The position numbers were made by a program, and so were the translations under genes. A stretch of 64,000 bases of DNA from Macrostomum lignano. Lineage: Eukaryota. Within the stretch, counting starts at the first letter, position 1. The number at the start of each line of letters is the position of its first letter. The notes under the pieces are model-generated. The model ran no database searches, was not told the DNA's origin, and worked only from the letters and a program-made list of their open reading frames with translations. The stretch spans positions 1 through 64,000 of the forward strand of contig NIVC01003813.1 of assembly GCA_002269645.1 (NCBI GenBank), read 5' to 3'. Shown here in pieces: positions 13,991-25,454 of the stretch.

Positions 13991-16737
13991 CCTATTGATC
14001 TATTGAAGGTCAAACAGCATAGGCCCTAGCAATAGCAACAATAGGCCTAAATAGGCATCTGCCTTGGCTTTACTACCTAAGGCCATCAAGAAGAACCATT
14101 TGTTCTATGGTTACTAGCTAGCAGTGATGAAAAACCAAAGTTATCAAGCAAGTAGAACTGTAGAAAATTGACTAGGCCTATTTTATTCATTTTGGAGTTA
14201 TAGGCCTACAGAAAAGCTATTTGCATAGGCCTAATATTATAAATTCTGATTAAAAATGGCTGGTCAATGCAAAGGACATTGCATTGAACTAAAATAAAAT
14301 TTGAGCAATGACCAAATATGACAATTTAATACAAGTCAAAGGCATAAAAGTCAAACAATATAGGAGACAAAGTCGCAAAAATAAACACTTTTGTTCAACA
14401 AAACTAGGCCTAGGGGTGAGTCAAATTTTCAATTTTCAACCAAAAGTCGCATAGGGCCTAGGCCTAGCCAGAGTAAGTTCAAAGGTTGCACATGGGTTAT
14501 ACAGACCAGTACTACTACAACTTTACAGGTGGCGGATGACTGACAGTTGAAAGCACTTAATCAACTAGGCCATATACGATTACACGATACCATAGGCCTG
14601 CCTAGGCCTAACGATCTGGGCATCTGGCCTAACTTTATTTCATTTTCTGAGTTTTAGGCCTATGAGAGATACTCTATCACATTCAATGTTTGTAGCTAGG
14701 CCACATCGTAAGATTTGTTATATATTTATATCATTTAAATAATTTCAGACATTAGTGAACAACGGGTGTAACTATAAAACAACTACTAAATTTTTACTAG
14801 AATATAACTAGCCAGTTAGACCCCCTTAGGGGGTTGTGGACAAGTTGACCCCCTTCAGGTCAGGTACCACGAACTTACAACAACTGTTCATACAAAAAGT
14901 ACTAAGCCAATCAGCCCCCCCCCCTCCGGAGAGCACAGAATGTAAACATAATGATTAATGACCAACGTTTATAGTATAAGACCTAAAGTATAGTATAAGA
15001 GTATAGGAGACAAGACAAGAGAGTGTAAGAAATACTATTTTCTATTACATTTAAACTGCAATCGTATTAACAAAGTATATCCTTATCTCGGCACTATAAG
15101 TTTAAAAAGTATCAATTTTAATAATAAAATACATGAAGCAAACAACCGCATTAACATCAAAACGACTAAAACATTGATAAAAGGCTCAAACTATCAAAGA
15201 TCGTATTTAGGACATTATCAGACAGACAAACCTTAGAGATTTAGTTATATTGTGATAATGTAAAACGTTTTAGCGAATTAGCTCAGCTCAGCATCGAACC
15301 CATGTTCAGTTCCGTGGTGGGTGGCTAAAATTATTTGCTGCTATAGTGCACGAAATTTGGCCCATCGGTAAATGTACATGTATACCTGCATATTGTTATC
15401 ATGTAATTTCACACCCCATGGCACGCAAAAGCCCAAGACAACAGAGATTCCTTGGTCTACTGGGTTTGTATTCATTCAAATCTGTGTAGCATTTACCATC
15501 GATTTTACAAGTTATTTCGAAGCTGCTTTAGAAGTTGATATTCAATGACGATTGACGATCGACTTATAATTAAGTGGTGTAGCTATAGGATATCCGCGTG
15601 TCGACGCAAATTAATTTCCCCGCTCATGTATGCCTTATACATGTAATAAGTTTTACACCTTCAATTCAGTTTGAATAGTGTATCAACCCAATTTAGTGAA
15701 CGTTAATGTTAAAAAATTCTAACATTAAATGGCCGCGGTTTTGATTTGTGTGAAACGTGATTCGACGGAGGTGTTTTTGAAGGCCCGTTTTTACTTGTAT
15801 TTATAGCGATGCTTGCCTCTTCAAAAAAGACATTCTACTTTTGCACTATTTACATGTACGAGTGTTGCGTTCTGATACAATGGCATCTTCTAGTGGTCTA
15901 ATTAGGTCCTCACGTACATTAATTAATTATACGCGAAAGTTCAATGTACACATGTACATTATACATGCAAAAACACATGCAGCTGTGCTGTATGCTTAAT
16001 ACAAGGAGAGGCCGCCATGGATTCCATTGTTAGGGGATTATTAATAAATAACGAAAAATTAATTGTCTTTGCTAATTTTAGAGCTGCGCATATGGCTCTC
16101 ATTTTGGCGCCGTAGAAACTCAGCTTGGCGCTGTGGGCACTCGATCATATCACATGTACAGTAGCATGCATGTTTCCCCAAAACAAAACGACTGATTTCA
16201 AATGCGCAAGTTATAAGAGTTTGTTTTATGAACAAATTATAAAAAGCTTTTGAATAAATAAACTTTTCAAAGACCACGCGGGCGTCACAAGATCCCCGCA
16301 TTCTTCACTTGGATTTTAGTGATCCATACATGTACATGCATATACCTACATGTACATGTACGTGTACACGTGTAAGCTAGTTATAACTCAAACTGAGACG
16401 GAAGCATAAGCCCTCGACTAAACTTGTTCTGCCCAGAAACAATTTACATGTAAAAATAAGCGCTCTCATGCAGCACACACGACAGTACTCGTACATGCAC
16501 TGCACCATATGGCGGATATGGAAAATTGCTATAGAGATTGATCGATAAAATATCCTAATAGATTGAGGGGGGGGATCGTCTGTTGCTGCACTGTCTCGAC
16601 TGTATAACTTATGGATTGTAAATTTTCTTTCTCCAATTTTTTAAAGTCTTTAATATATATGCTGCACACAGTGCTTAGGGCGGTAATTCTTCCAGGCAGA
16701 TTGTATAATCGCGCGACCACACACGGCTTTAGCAACA

Positions 16738-17007
16738 ATGGGAGGCAATCAGTCCTGGCTAAACTGCGATTCAGCATTGCCAGCTCCGGCTGGTCAGCAG
16801 CAGACTGAAGAGGCCGAAGGCAGCCTGTTGCTAGCCGCCCTGCTGTTAATCGGTACAGTACTGCTCACTCTGCTCATCACCGCCATCGCTGTTTGCGTAG
16901 TCATGATGCGTCGTCAACGAAACGAAGCGCCTGGTACACCGTCCGAGGATATGGACTTCGAAACATCTCGGTCGGCTGCTGCGTTCGAGAATAAAGGCTT
17001 TAAATGA
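16738..17007 (+). CDS. Small single-pass membrane protein (89 aa), or terminal exon (from 16696) of a larger type I membrane protein
   Basis: Hydrophobic run LLLAALLLIGTVLLTLLITAIAVCVVMM followed by the RRQR stop-transfer motif and a tail ending FENKGFK. GC-rich island in AT-rich DNA. An in-frame acceptor TTCTTCCAG ends at 16695. Confidence 0.65.
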   Translation: MGGNQSWLNCDSALPAPAGQQQTEEAEGSLLLAALLLIGTVLLTLLITAIAVCVVMMRRQRNEAPGTPSEDMDFETSRSAAAFENKGFK

Positions 17008-17169
17008 TTAATACATTATATGAATTTTGCATGGACTCAATTTACTTCATAAACATTGTAAACCAATATTTTAGTTACGTAATACATTGTACCCATTGTA
17101 CCTGGACACTGTAGTTAGAGAGCGCTTTTATTTTTTGTCGTGATTTTTATGCTGGAGGTGAGACGAAAC

Positions 17170-17680
17170 GGGCGCCCACTAAGGGGCAGGGGCGCCCACT
17201 AAGAGGCAGGGGCGCCCACTAAGGGGGCAGGGGCGCCCACTAAGGGGCAGGGGCGCCCACTAAGAGGCAGGGGCGCCCACTAAGGGGGCAGGGGCGCCCA
17301 CTAAGGGGGAAGGGGCGCCCACTAAAAGGCAGGGGCGCCCACTAAGGGGGCAGGGGCGCCCACTAAAAGGCAGGGGCGCCCACTAAGGGGCAGGGGCGCC
17401 CACTAAGGGGGCAGGGGCGCCCACTAAGGGAGCAGGGGCGCCCACTAAAAGAGGCAGGGGCGCCAATAAAGGTACTTATTTTGGAAGGCGCCACTTTATT
17501 GGGGGCGCTATTGACTGGGCGCTATTGATCTAGAGCATTAAATTGATACACTAAGGGGCGCCAGCACCAAGGGGCGCCAGCACCAAGGGGCGCCAGCACC
17601 AAGGGGCGCCAGCACCAAGGGGCGCCAGCACCAAGGGGCGCCAGCACCAAGGGGCGCCAGCACCAAGGGGCGCCAGAAAA
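17170..17680. repeat. Two G-rich minisatellites: ~20-bp (GGGGCAGGGGCGCCCACTAA)n at 17170-17465 and 17-bp (AAGGGGCGCCAGCACCA-like)n at 17554-17675
   Basis: Direct reading; both share a GGGGCGCC core. Confidence 0.9.
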
Positions 17681-18184
17681 CTCAACTTTTTCCATTGATG
17701 GTGCTTAGACAATAAACGCCAAATTATTTTGTACTTGAAATCCCTCAGCTTAGAGGGAACGATGAAATAGCGCAGCAGCAGCTCATTTATAATTCATAGG
17801 CAGCAGGTACGCAAACAGCGGTATGAACCGGGAATTCAGTGCTGAAGTGAGGCTTGAGTCTCGGAGCTTCCTTCCTCATCTAGGCGCATTGTCAGTTCCG
17901 ATACAATAGCCACTTAAACGGGAGAGGCTACTCCTGGCTACCTTCCTGCTTTCCAGCTGATGAGAAGTAGATCTGAGCGCTTTAAGCTAAATATATGCTA
18001 CTGTATTTGTGTAGTATGTGGTTCAGGCTATCGGTAGGCTTCTGGTTACGTACTATTATTTAATTTATTGTTTTCATCAATGTAGTTCGAGAGATTTTGC
18101 TGCGTCTTTAGAAATAATCGGACGCTAAATTAGAAATAAACTGGAGGCGGGTATGGAACTTAGTGCATTTATTATGCTTTATAG

Positions 18185-19906
18185 CAAGGGTTGGCAAACT
18201 CGTTTACCTCAAGGGCCAGATGAGGAATCTAGCGCATGACTGCTGAGAGGAGAGGGTGAAATGGAATAGAGAAGAGAGGAGAGGAGAGGAGAGGAGAGGA
18301 GAGGAGAGGAGAGGAGAGGAGAGGAGAGGAGAGAGAGAGGAGAGGAGAGGAGAGGAGAGGAGAGGAGAGGAGAGAGAGGAGAGGAGAGGAGAGGAGAGGA
18401 GAGGAGAGGAGAGGAGAGAGAGGAGAGGAGAGAGGGAGAGGAGAGGAGAGGAGAGGAGAGGAGAGGAGAGGAGAGGAGAGGAGAGGAGAGGAGAGGAGAG
18501 GAGAGGAGAGGAGAGGAGAGGAGAGGAGAGGAGAGGAGAGGAGAGGAGAGAGAGGAGAGGAGAGGAGAGGAGAGGAGAGGAGAGGAGAGGAGAGGAAGGA
18601 GAGGAGAGGAGAGGAGAGGAGAGGAGAGGAGAGGAGAGGAGAGGAGAGGAGAGAGAGGAGAGGAGAGGAGAGAGGAGAGGAGAGGAGAGAGAGGAGAGGA
18701 GAGGAGAGGAGAGGAGAGGAGAGAGAGGAGAGGAGAGGAGAGGAGAGAGAGGAGAGGAGAGGAGAGGAGAGGAGAGGAGAGGAGAGGAGAGGAGAGGAGA
18801 GAGAGAGGAGAGGAGAGGAGAGGAGAGGAGAGGAGAGGAGAGGAGAGGAGAGGAGAGGAGAGGAGAGGAGAGGAGAGGAGAGGAGAGGAGAGGAGAGGAG
18901 AGGAGAGGAGAGAGAGAGGAGAGGAGAGGAGAGGAGAGGAGAGAGGAGGAGAGGAGAGGAGAGAGGAGAGGAGAGGAGAGGAGAGGAGAGGAGAGGAGAG
19001 TAGAGTAGAGGAGAGGAGAGGAGAGGAGAGGAGAGGAGAGGAGAGTAGAGTAGAGGAGAGGAGAGGAGAGTAGAGGAGAGTAGAGTAGAGTAGAGTAGAG
19101 TAGAGGAGAGGAGAGGACAGGAGAGGAGAGGAGAGGAGAGTAGAGTAGAGTAGAGTAGAGTAGAGTAGAGTAGAGTAGAGGAGAGGAGAGGACAGGAGAG
19201 GAGAGGAGAGGAGAGTAGAGTAGAGTAGAGTAGAGTAGAGTAGAGTAGAGGAGAGGAGAGGACAGGAGAGGAGAGGAGAGTAGAGTAGAGTAGAGTAGAG
19301 TAGAGTAGAGTAGAGTAGAGTAGAGGAGAGGAGAGGACAGGAGAGGAGAGGAGAGGAGAGTAGAGTAGAGTAGAGTAGAGTAGAGTAGAGTAGAGTAGAG
19401 TAGAGGAGAGGAGAGGAGAGGAGAGTAGAGTAGAGTAGAGTAGAGTAGAGTAGAGTAGAGTAGAGTAGAGTAGAGTAGAGTAGAGTAGAGGAGAGGACAG
19501 GAGAGGAGAGGAGAGGAGAGGAGAGTAGAGTAGAGTAGAGTAGAGTAGAGTAGAGTAGAGTAGAGGAGAGGAGAGGACAGGAGAGGAGAGGAGAGGAGAG
19601 TAGAGTAGAGGAGAGGAGAGGAATGGAGAGGAGAGAAGAGGAGAGGAGAGGAGAGGAGAGAAGAGGAGAGAAGAGGAGAGGAGAGGAGAGGAGAGGAAAG
19701 GAGAGGAGAGGAATGGAGAGGAGAGGAGAGGAGAGGAGAGAAGAGGAGAGAAGAGGAGAGGAGAGGAGAGGAGAGGAAAGGAGAGGAGAGGAATGGAGAG
19801 GAGAGGAGAGGAGAGACACAAACCTTGAGTCGGCCAGATTGCTATTGTGAAGTGTCAAAGGACCCGAGGGCGCACGTGGCCCGCGAGCCGAAATTGGCCG
19901 ACCCTG
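18185..19906. mobile_element. hAT-like (Charlie-type) non-autonomous element inflated by an internal microsatellite
   Basis: Left end CAAGGGTTGGCAAACT..GGGCCAGA and right end GGCCCGCGAGCCG AAATTGGCCGACCCTG resemble CAGGGGTCGGCAAACT-type hAT termini. No clean TSD. Confidence 0.55.
18244..19815. repeat. Pentanucleotide microsatellite (GAGAG)n with (GAGTA)n and GACAG variants, ~1.6 kb
   Basis: Direct reading. Confidence 0.98.
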
Positions 19907-20596
19907 CATGCTCTCCAGAGAACGCACAGCGTTGAATGGGATTTCGCCATAGACAAATTATTTTTGCTTTTTAGTGCGCGAAGCGTTAGCATTAGCAGTA
20001 ACATTAAGCAAACAATATTAAAATTAACATTCTCACCCTTGAGACAAAAAGGGGAGATTGTCTGGGGTGGGGGGGAGATTCTCAAGGAGAAGAAGTTTAT
20101 TTCGTTGGGTGCTTGCAGGATCCAAAAGGCCGCCAAAAGGTATACTCATGAGCTGCTCTGGATATTTCAGGAACAACTCGTGGCAAAAAATCTTAAAAGG
20201 TGCACTGTCCTATGACCAATACCATTATAGTCTGCATTTGAAATTCCTGCTGTACTTCATAACCAACTAAATTTTAACAATCACTCTATTTGTAAACCTG
20301 TACGAATATTATATTATAACGGGTGTAACTCCAACAACATGCGGACGGATAAATAAAGACTGACTCTTTTTCCGCGAGGGCACGAGAATGCATTGTGAGC
20401 TTCAATTCGAAACTGATTTGCTATCGATTCGCAAACTGCGGCTGGAGAGGTCTGAAATTAATTTTTAATGAAAGCGGTCTTGAAGGTAGCAAGATTGGCA
20501 TCCACAGCTACATTGATCCCAAATGTTCCAATAAAATCCCACTGCATAGGATTATAGAAGCCCTCGCAGCCGCGCACGACTCCTGCTCTCAAACGC

Positions 20597-20597
<1 letters not shown>

Positions 20598-20657
<60 letters not shown>

Positions 20658-20690
20658 TGTGTGTGTGTGTGTACGTGTGTATGTACGCGC
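20598..20690. repeat. (GT)n microsatellite
   Basis: Direct reading. Confidence 0.97.
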
Positions 20691-21005
20691 AGAACCCCCT
20701 CTCCTCCTTGTGCTCATCCTGCACTGGATTGGATTGCTTGATCTTGGACTGGCTCCTCCTGTCCTCCCTTCCCCTCCCCATCACCTCTTCCCACGTTTCT
20801 TGCACGAAGATGTAGCTGCTATGGATTTTCCTTTCTCCCCTCTGGCAGATGCTCAGGGCGGATCAGTAGGTTGTGGGAGAGATAGATTTTAGACTGCAGT
20901 TCAGATGTTCAGGGCAAAAAAGTTAAGAATGGAAATAGGCATCATTGAAATTAGCAGGGAATGAACAGCAGCTGTCATCTAACCGAGACGATCTGCGGCA
21001 GGGGA

Positions 21006-22121
21006 ATGTCAAAACTAAAATTATTAGGCGCGGTTGTCTTCATCGCAGTTGCTTTAGTAACGCTCAGCGGATGGGACGAGAGACTCTTTGGAAAGACTCG
21101 CCGCCCGTTGCTGAGGCCAACTGATCACGACTCGAATTCGGCTGAATCGAACTTGCTGCCGCCTTTGTGCGGCAAGTTGCAGGCAAGATTTCCTCCCGGC
21201 TCGATCCCACCGCTGGTGCACTGGACTAGCAGGGACGGCCGAATTCCAGCTAAACTGGTGAACAGCGTGCTGACTTGGCGACGCCTGTTGAACAGCAGTG
21301 GTGGCGACGCGATTAAGTGGCAATTCATGCACTGGGACGACAGGCAGATCTCTGAGCTGGTCTCAAAGCACTACCCGATGCTGAACAGGAGCTACGCCAA
21401 GCTGGTCAACGGTCTGGAGCGATCTGACATCGGCAGGCTGGTGGTGCTGCACCATGTCGGCGGCATGTACGTCGACACGGACGTGGAATTGTTGCGCGAT
21501 CTTTCGCCGTTGATGAATTCGTCTCGTCTACTGCTCGGTAAGGACACCAGCCGGACCAGGTGTTGCAGCGCCGTGCTCGTTGAGGAACCGGTTGAGCACG
21601 CTCTGTTTGTGCACAACATGCCAAGACTGGTCTCCAATGCCGTGATGCTGAGCAGGGCTAATCACAGCTTCCTGAATTATTTATTAAACTCTTGGCCAAC
21701 CTGGTTTGAAGCTAACTGGGCCAGAAAAACGAACAGGAGACACACGCAAGCGCCCGAGGTCACCGGGCCGCTCATGCTGAACCGGTTCTTCAATGAGTAC
21801 AGAGCCTGGCCGCCTGACCAGCGACCGTCGGACTGGTCCAGCCTCCAGCTGGTGGACGCTGAACTGTTCCAGCCCAGATTCGACGAGACCAGTCAGCACC
21901 ACCGGCTGAAGAAGTTCTGCTCCGTCGCTCCGGAGAAATTGAACCAGCTGAAGAGGCTCCACTGTGAACGTCTGGCGCTGGCGAAGTTTAGAAATCAGCC
22001 AATTCCAAAGCACGCCTTCACAGTGCACGCCTTTATGCATCTGAGCTACACCAAAACCATGGACTTAGCCAATTCGAAGACTATCGCTGATTTGTTGCCA
22101 ATTTCGCACTGTCAATTATGA
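21006..22121 (+). CDS. GT32-family (DXD) glycosyltransferase, SUR1/MIPC-synthase/Och1-like, type II Golgi membrane protein, intronless (paralog A); ORF open from 20961
   Basis: N-terminal signal-anchor LLGAVVFIAVALVTL; IPPLVHWT; MHWDD; ERSDIGRLVVLHHVGGMYVDTDVE (DXD); SNAVMLSRANHSF; TGPLML. Confidence 0.9.
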   Translation: MSKLKLLGAVVFIAVALVTLSGWDERLFGKTRRPLLRPTDHDSNSAESNLLPPLCGKLQARFPPGSIPPLVHWTSRDGRIPAKLVNSVLTWRRLLNSSGGDAIKWQFMHWDDRQISELVSKHYPMLNRSYAKLVNGLERSDIGRLVVLHHVGGMYVDTDVELLRDLSPLMNSSRLLLGKDTSRTRCCSAVLVEEPVEHALFVHNMPRLVSNAVMLSRANHSFLNYLLNSWPTWFEANWARKTNRRHTQAPEVTGPLMLNRFFNEYRAWPPDQRPSDWSSLQLVDAELFQPRFDETSQHHRLKKFCSVAPEKLNQLKRLHCERLALAKFRNQPIPKHAFTVHAFMHLSYTKTMDLANSKTIADLLPISHCQL

Positions 22122-22574
22122 CAAACTCGTCACTGATTGTGTTTTTCTTACATAATACATGCAGTATGTCTCACAAGCCTTCATTATAATTATCAAAGAG
22201 TATTTATCAAAGTTATCATATCTGGTTAAAGTTTGCTAATCGTGTTTTTCTCGATCAAAAATGGATTTCTTGTCAAGCAATGTGTATTGCTTTTTTTACT
22301 CCACGCCTCAAATTGTTTCCTCCCTGTTTGACGAACCAAAACTGGTTTGGTCAGGCCTGTTGCAGCTCATATTGTTCAGTTTTCTATCTCTAAAACCAAC
22401 CCGTGGATCTTTCTTTGCCTTTCTAACTAATTTTCAAACGCTAAACTCATAAATAAGTAATTACATGTATTTGGACTCAATATAACTGCTGATTGGTTTT
22501 CATAGATTAAGACATCATTCTGATGGTTTGGTGAGCAACTGGGGGCTTTAGCGTCTCTTCAAAGCATTGGTGGC

Positions 22575-23400
22575 GCCACATTCACAGTGGTTGAAGAGCC
22601 ACATTCACAGTGGCTGTAGAGCCACATTCACAGTGGCTGTAGAGCCACATTCACAGTGGCTGTAGAGCCACATTCACAGTGGCTGTAGAGCCGCATTCAC
22701 AGTGGTTGTAGAGCCACATTCACAGTGGCTGTAGAGCCACATTCACAGTGGCTGTAGAGCCACATTCACAGTGGCTGTAGAGCCACATTCACAGTGGCTG
22801 TAGGGTCACATTCACAGTGGTTGTAGAGCCACATTCACAGTGGCTGTAGAGCCACATTCACAGTGGCTGTAGGGTCACATTCACAGTGGCTGTAGAGCCA
22901 CATTCACAGTGGCTGTAGAGCCACATTCACAGTGGCTGTAGAGCCACATTCACAGTGGTTGTAGAGCCACATTCACAGTGGCTGTAGAGCCACATTCACA
23001 GTGGCTGTAGAGCCACATTCACAGTGGCTGTAGAGCCACATTCACAGTGGCTGTAGGGTCACATTCACAGTGGCTGTAGAGCCACATTCACAGTGGCTGT
23101 AGAGCCACATTCACAGTGGCTGTAGATTCACATTCACAGTGGTTGTAGAGCCACATTCACAGTGGCTGTAGAGCCGCATTCACAGTGGTTGTAGAGCCAC
23201 ATTCACAGTGGCTGTAGAGCAATATTCACAGTGGCTTTAGCGCCACAGCCACAGTGGCTTTAGCGCCACATTCACAGTAGCCTTAGCGCCACATTCACAG
23301 TAGCCTTAGCGTCACATTCACAGTAGCCTTAGCGCCACATTCACAGTAGCCTTAGCGTCACATTCACAGTGGCTTTAGCGCCACAGCCACAGTGGCTGTA
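22575..23400. repeat. 23-bp minisatellite (GAGCCACATTCACAGTGGCTGTA)n between the two GT32 genes
   Basis: Direct reading; about 35 copies; each unit contains the inverted repeat AGCCAC-7nt-GTGGCT. Confidence 0.96.
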
Positions 23401-23780
23401 ACGCCCCCTGGACTGGTCTCATTGATGCCCCCCTTTTCTCATATAAGGGATATAGGAAACAACTTGCCCAACTCAGTCCAAGCAGACCCCGTACTCGCTC
23501 GCTGTGCGGTCAACACGCGTGGCCGCACAGCGAGCTGCTGGTTGCCATATAGCTCAAGCAGACAATAGCTTAGCGCTACAGCAGACGATCGGTCCCTATC
23601 GCTCGCAAAAATGCAAAGCTACTGCAGTACTGTAAACTCCACTGCAGTTACTCATTCAATCTACAGCATTTAACCCGAAAGCCACTATATGTAGTTCAAT
23701 CCGCAAGGCTTCAAGTCTCGAAAAAAGTTGGACTATAATCCACGCTCTAATCTTAGTTTGAGGCTCAATTTAGACCAGCC

Positions 23781-25115
23781 ATGGCAATTGTCAGACTGTT
23801 GCAAAAATACCTGACACTTGCGTTGTTCCTACTGTTAATTCTCGCCCCAATTATCTGGCGGAGTCGAGTTCGCTCTAAAGAAGATAACAGTAGTGCTGGA
23901 ATCTGGATGACGATTGAGACAGGTTCGTACTATCAAACCGTTCCGACCGACTCGACGGTGACAATGACCCCGTTGACAACAATTTCAACGACTACAACGC
24001 CAACGACTACAACATCAACGACTACAACGCCAACGACTACGACATCAACGACTACAACGCCAACGACTACAAAGTCAACTACAACTACAGATAGTCCAAC
24101 AACGACTGCAGTGCCGCCAAAACGGCTGCTGATGCAAGGCAAGATAGGTTGCGGCGAGCTGCACTCGCTATTCCCAACATCGATTCCTTCCATAGTGCAC
24201 TGGACTACTAAGAGCGGCCAGATCCCTGCCCAGTTAGTTCCCATGGTAAAGTCGTGGACTCGGCTATTGAATGTCAGCAATGGCTCCCATCTGAGCTGGA
24301 AATTCATGCACTGGGACGACAAGCAGATCTCTGAGCTGGTCTCAAAGCACTACCCGATGCTGAATCGAACCTACGCTAAGCTGGTCAACGGTCTGGAGCG
24401 ATCTGACATCGGCAGGCTGGTCGTGCTGCACCACGTTGGCGGCATGTACGTCGACACGGACGTGGAGCTGCTCGGCGATCTTTCGCCACTGGTACTCGCA
24501 AGCACGAGTAGCCGCAGTGTGAATGGCTCGGTAAAGAATCTGTCAATCTGCTCAACGGCCTACTGGTCTCAGGAGCCGGTTGAGCACGCTCTATTCCTAT
24601 TCAATCTGCCTAGCATGATCTCCAATGCCGCAATATTCTCCAGGGCTAACCACAGCTTCCTCAGCTACGTGTTGAACAGGTGGCCAGCCTGGTTTGAGTC
24701 GTCGGAATGGTAAAAAAAGACCAACAGGAGGCACGAAGACGCGGTGCTCGTGACTGGGCCAGTGATGCTGCAACAGTTCTATACCAACTATTCGGCTTTG
24801 CCGGTAGTGAACCGATCCTTGGACTGGTGCCAAACTGACCGAATGCTGGCTGAGCCTGACGAGTTTCAGCCAGTCTGGGACAGCTCCTACATACCGGAGC
24901 GATTGCGCACAATCTGTCAGAATCCAGACGGCTTGTCTGCTCTGAAGCGGCGCCATTGCAAACGTCTGGCTGGTGAAAAATTCCAGACCAGAGCGATACC
25001 AGCTGAGGCATACACTGTGCACAGGTTTATGCACCTCAGCTATACTGACCGAGTGATTATGACTAAGTCTCTGCCTATTGGTGACCTGCTGCCCATAGTT
25101 AAGTGTAGAATATAG
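23781..25115 (+). pseudogene. GT32-family glycosyltransferase paralog B with a Thr-rich stem; one in-frame TAA at 24711-24713 (recent pseudogene, null allele or sequence error)
   Basis: ORFs 23781-24713 and 24744-25115 are in the same frame. W*KKTNRRH aligns with WARKTNRRH of paralog A. Signal-anchor, DXD motif and C-terminal TGP/C..C/YTVHRFMHLSY motifs are all retained. Confidence 0.82.
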
Positions 25116-25454
25116 TGTGTTATCGTTATTGTGTACTGTTGTGCCTGAGCTAAATGACATTCTACGAGATGAATATACCTCATACCTCACGAGGGTGGCT
25201 AGATGATCTCTAAATTCAAAAGTACAGGTTCTCAAGTACAATGTTTCATATTCTTCTTAATTACATGCAATACAGTGTAATTTGGTAGAAAATGCGTATT
25301 GAACCGCTTTGCTCTGATGCATGTACATATACAGAAAATAAATACAATAGTATCGTACAATGAAACAATCGTACAATAAATAACTACGTAACTATCATCT
25401 AAGCCAATCATTTTAGAAAATTGCGATGGATTTATTAGGGATTGTCGATAATAG

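Noticed and set aside
17740-17990. Possible box C/D or other ncRNA (TGATGA..CTGA near 17958-17977) in a GC-richer island
   Set aside because: The C and D motifs are only about 10 nt apart, and there is no terminal stem or recognisable U3, U8, MRP or RNase P motif. Insufficient support.
20395-20892. ORFs spanning the (GT)n tract; possible LINE 3' end
   Set aside because: No RT or endonuclease motifs are recognisable, and the ORF length is due to the microsatellite.
22539-23410. 23-bp array as the interior of a MITE (CTGGGGGC.. / ..GCCCCCTG)
   Set aside because: The terminal match is partial and there is no target-site duplication.
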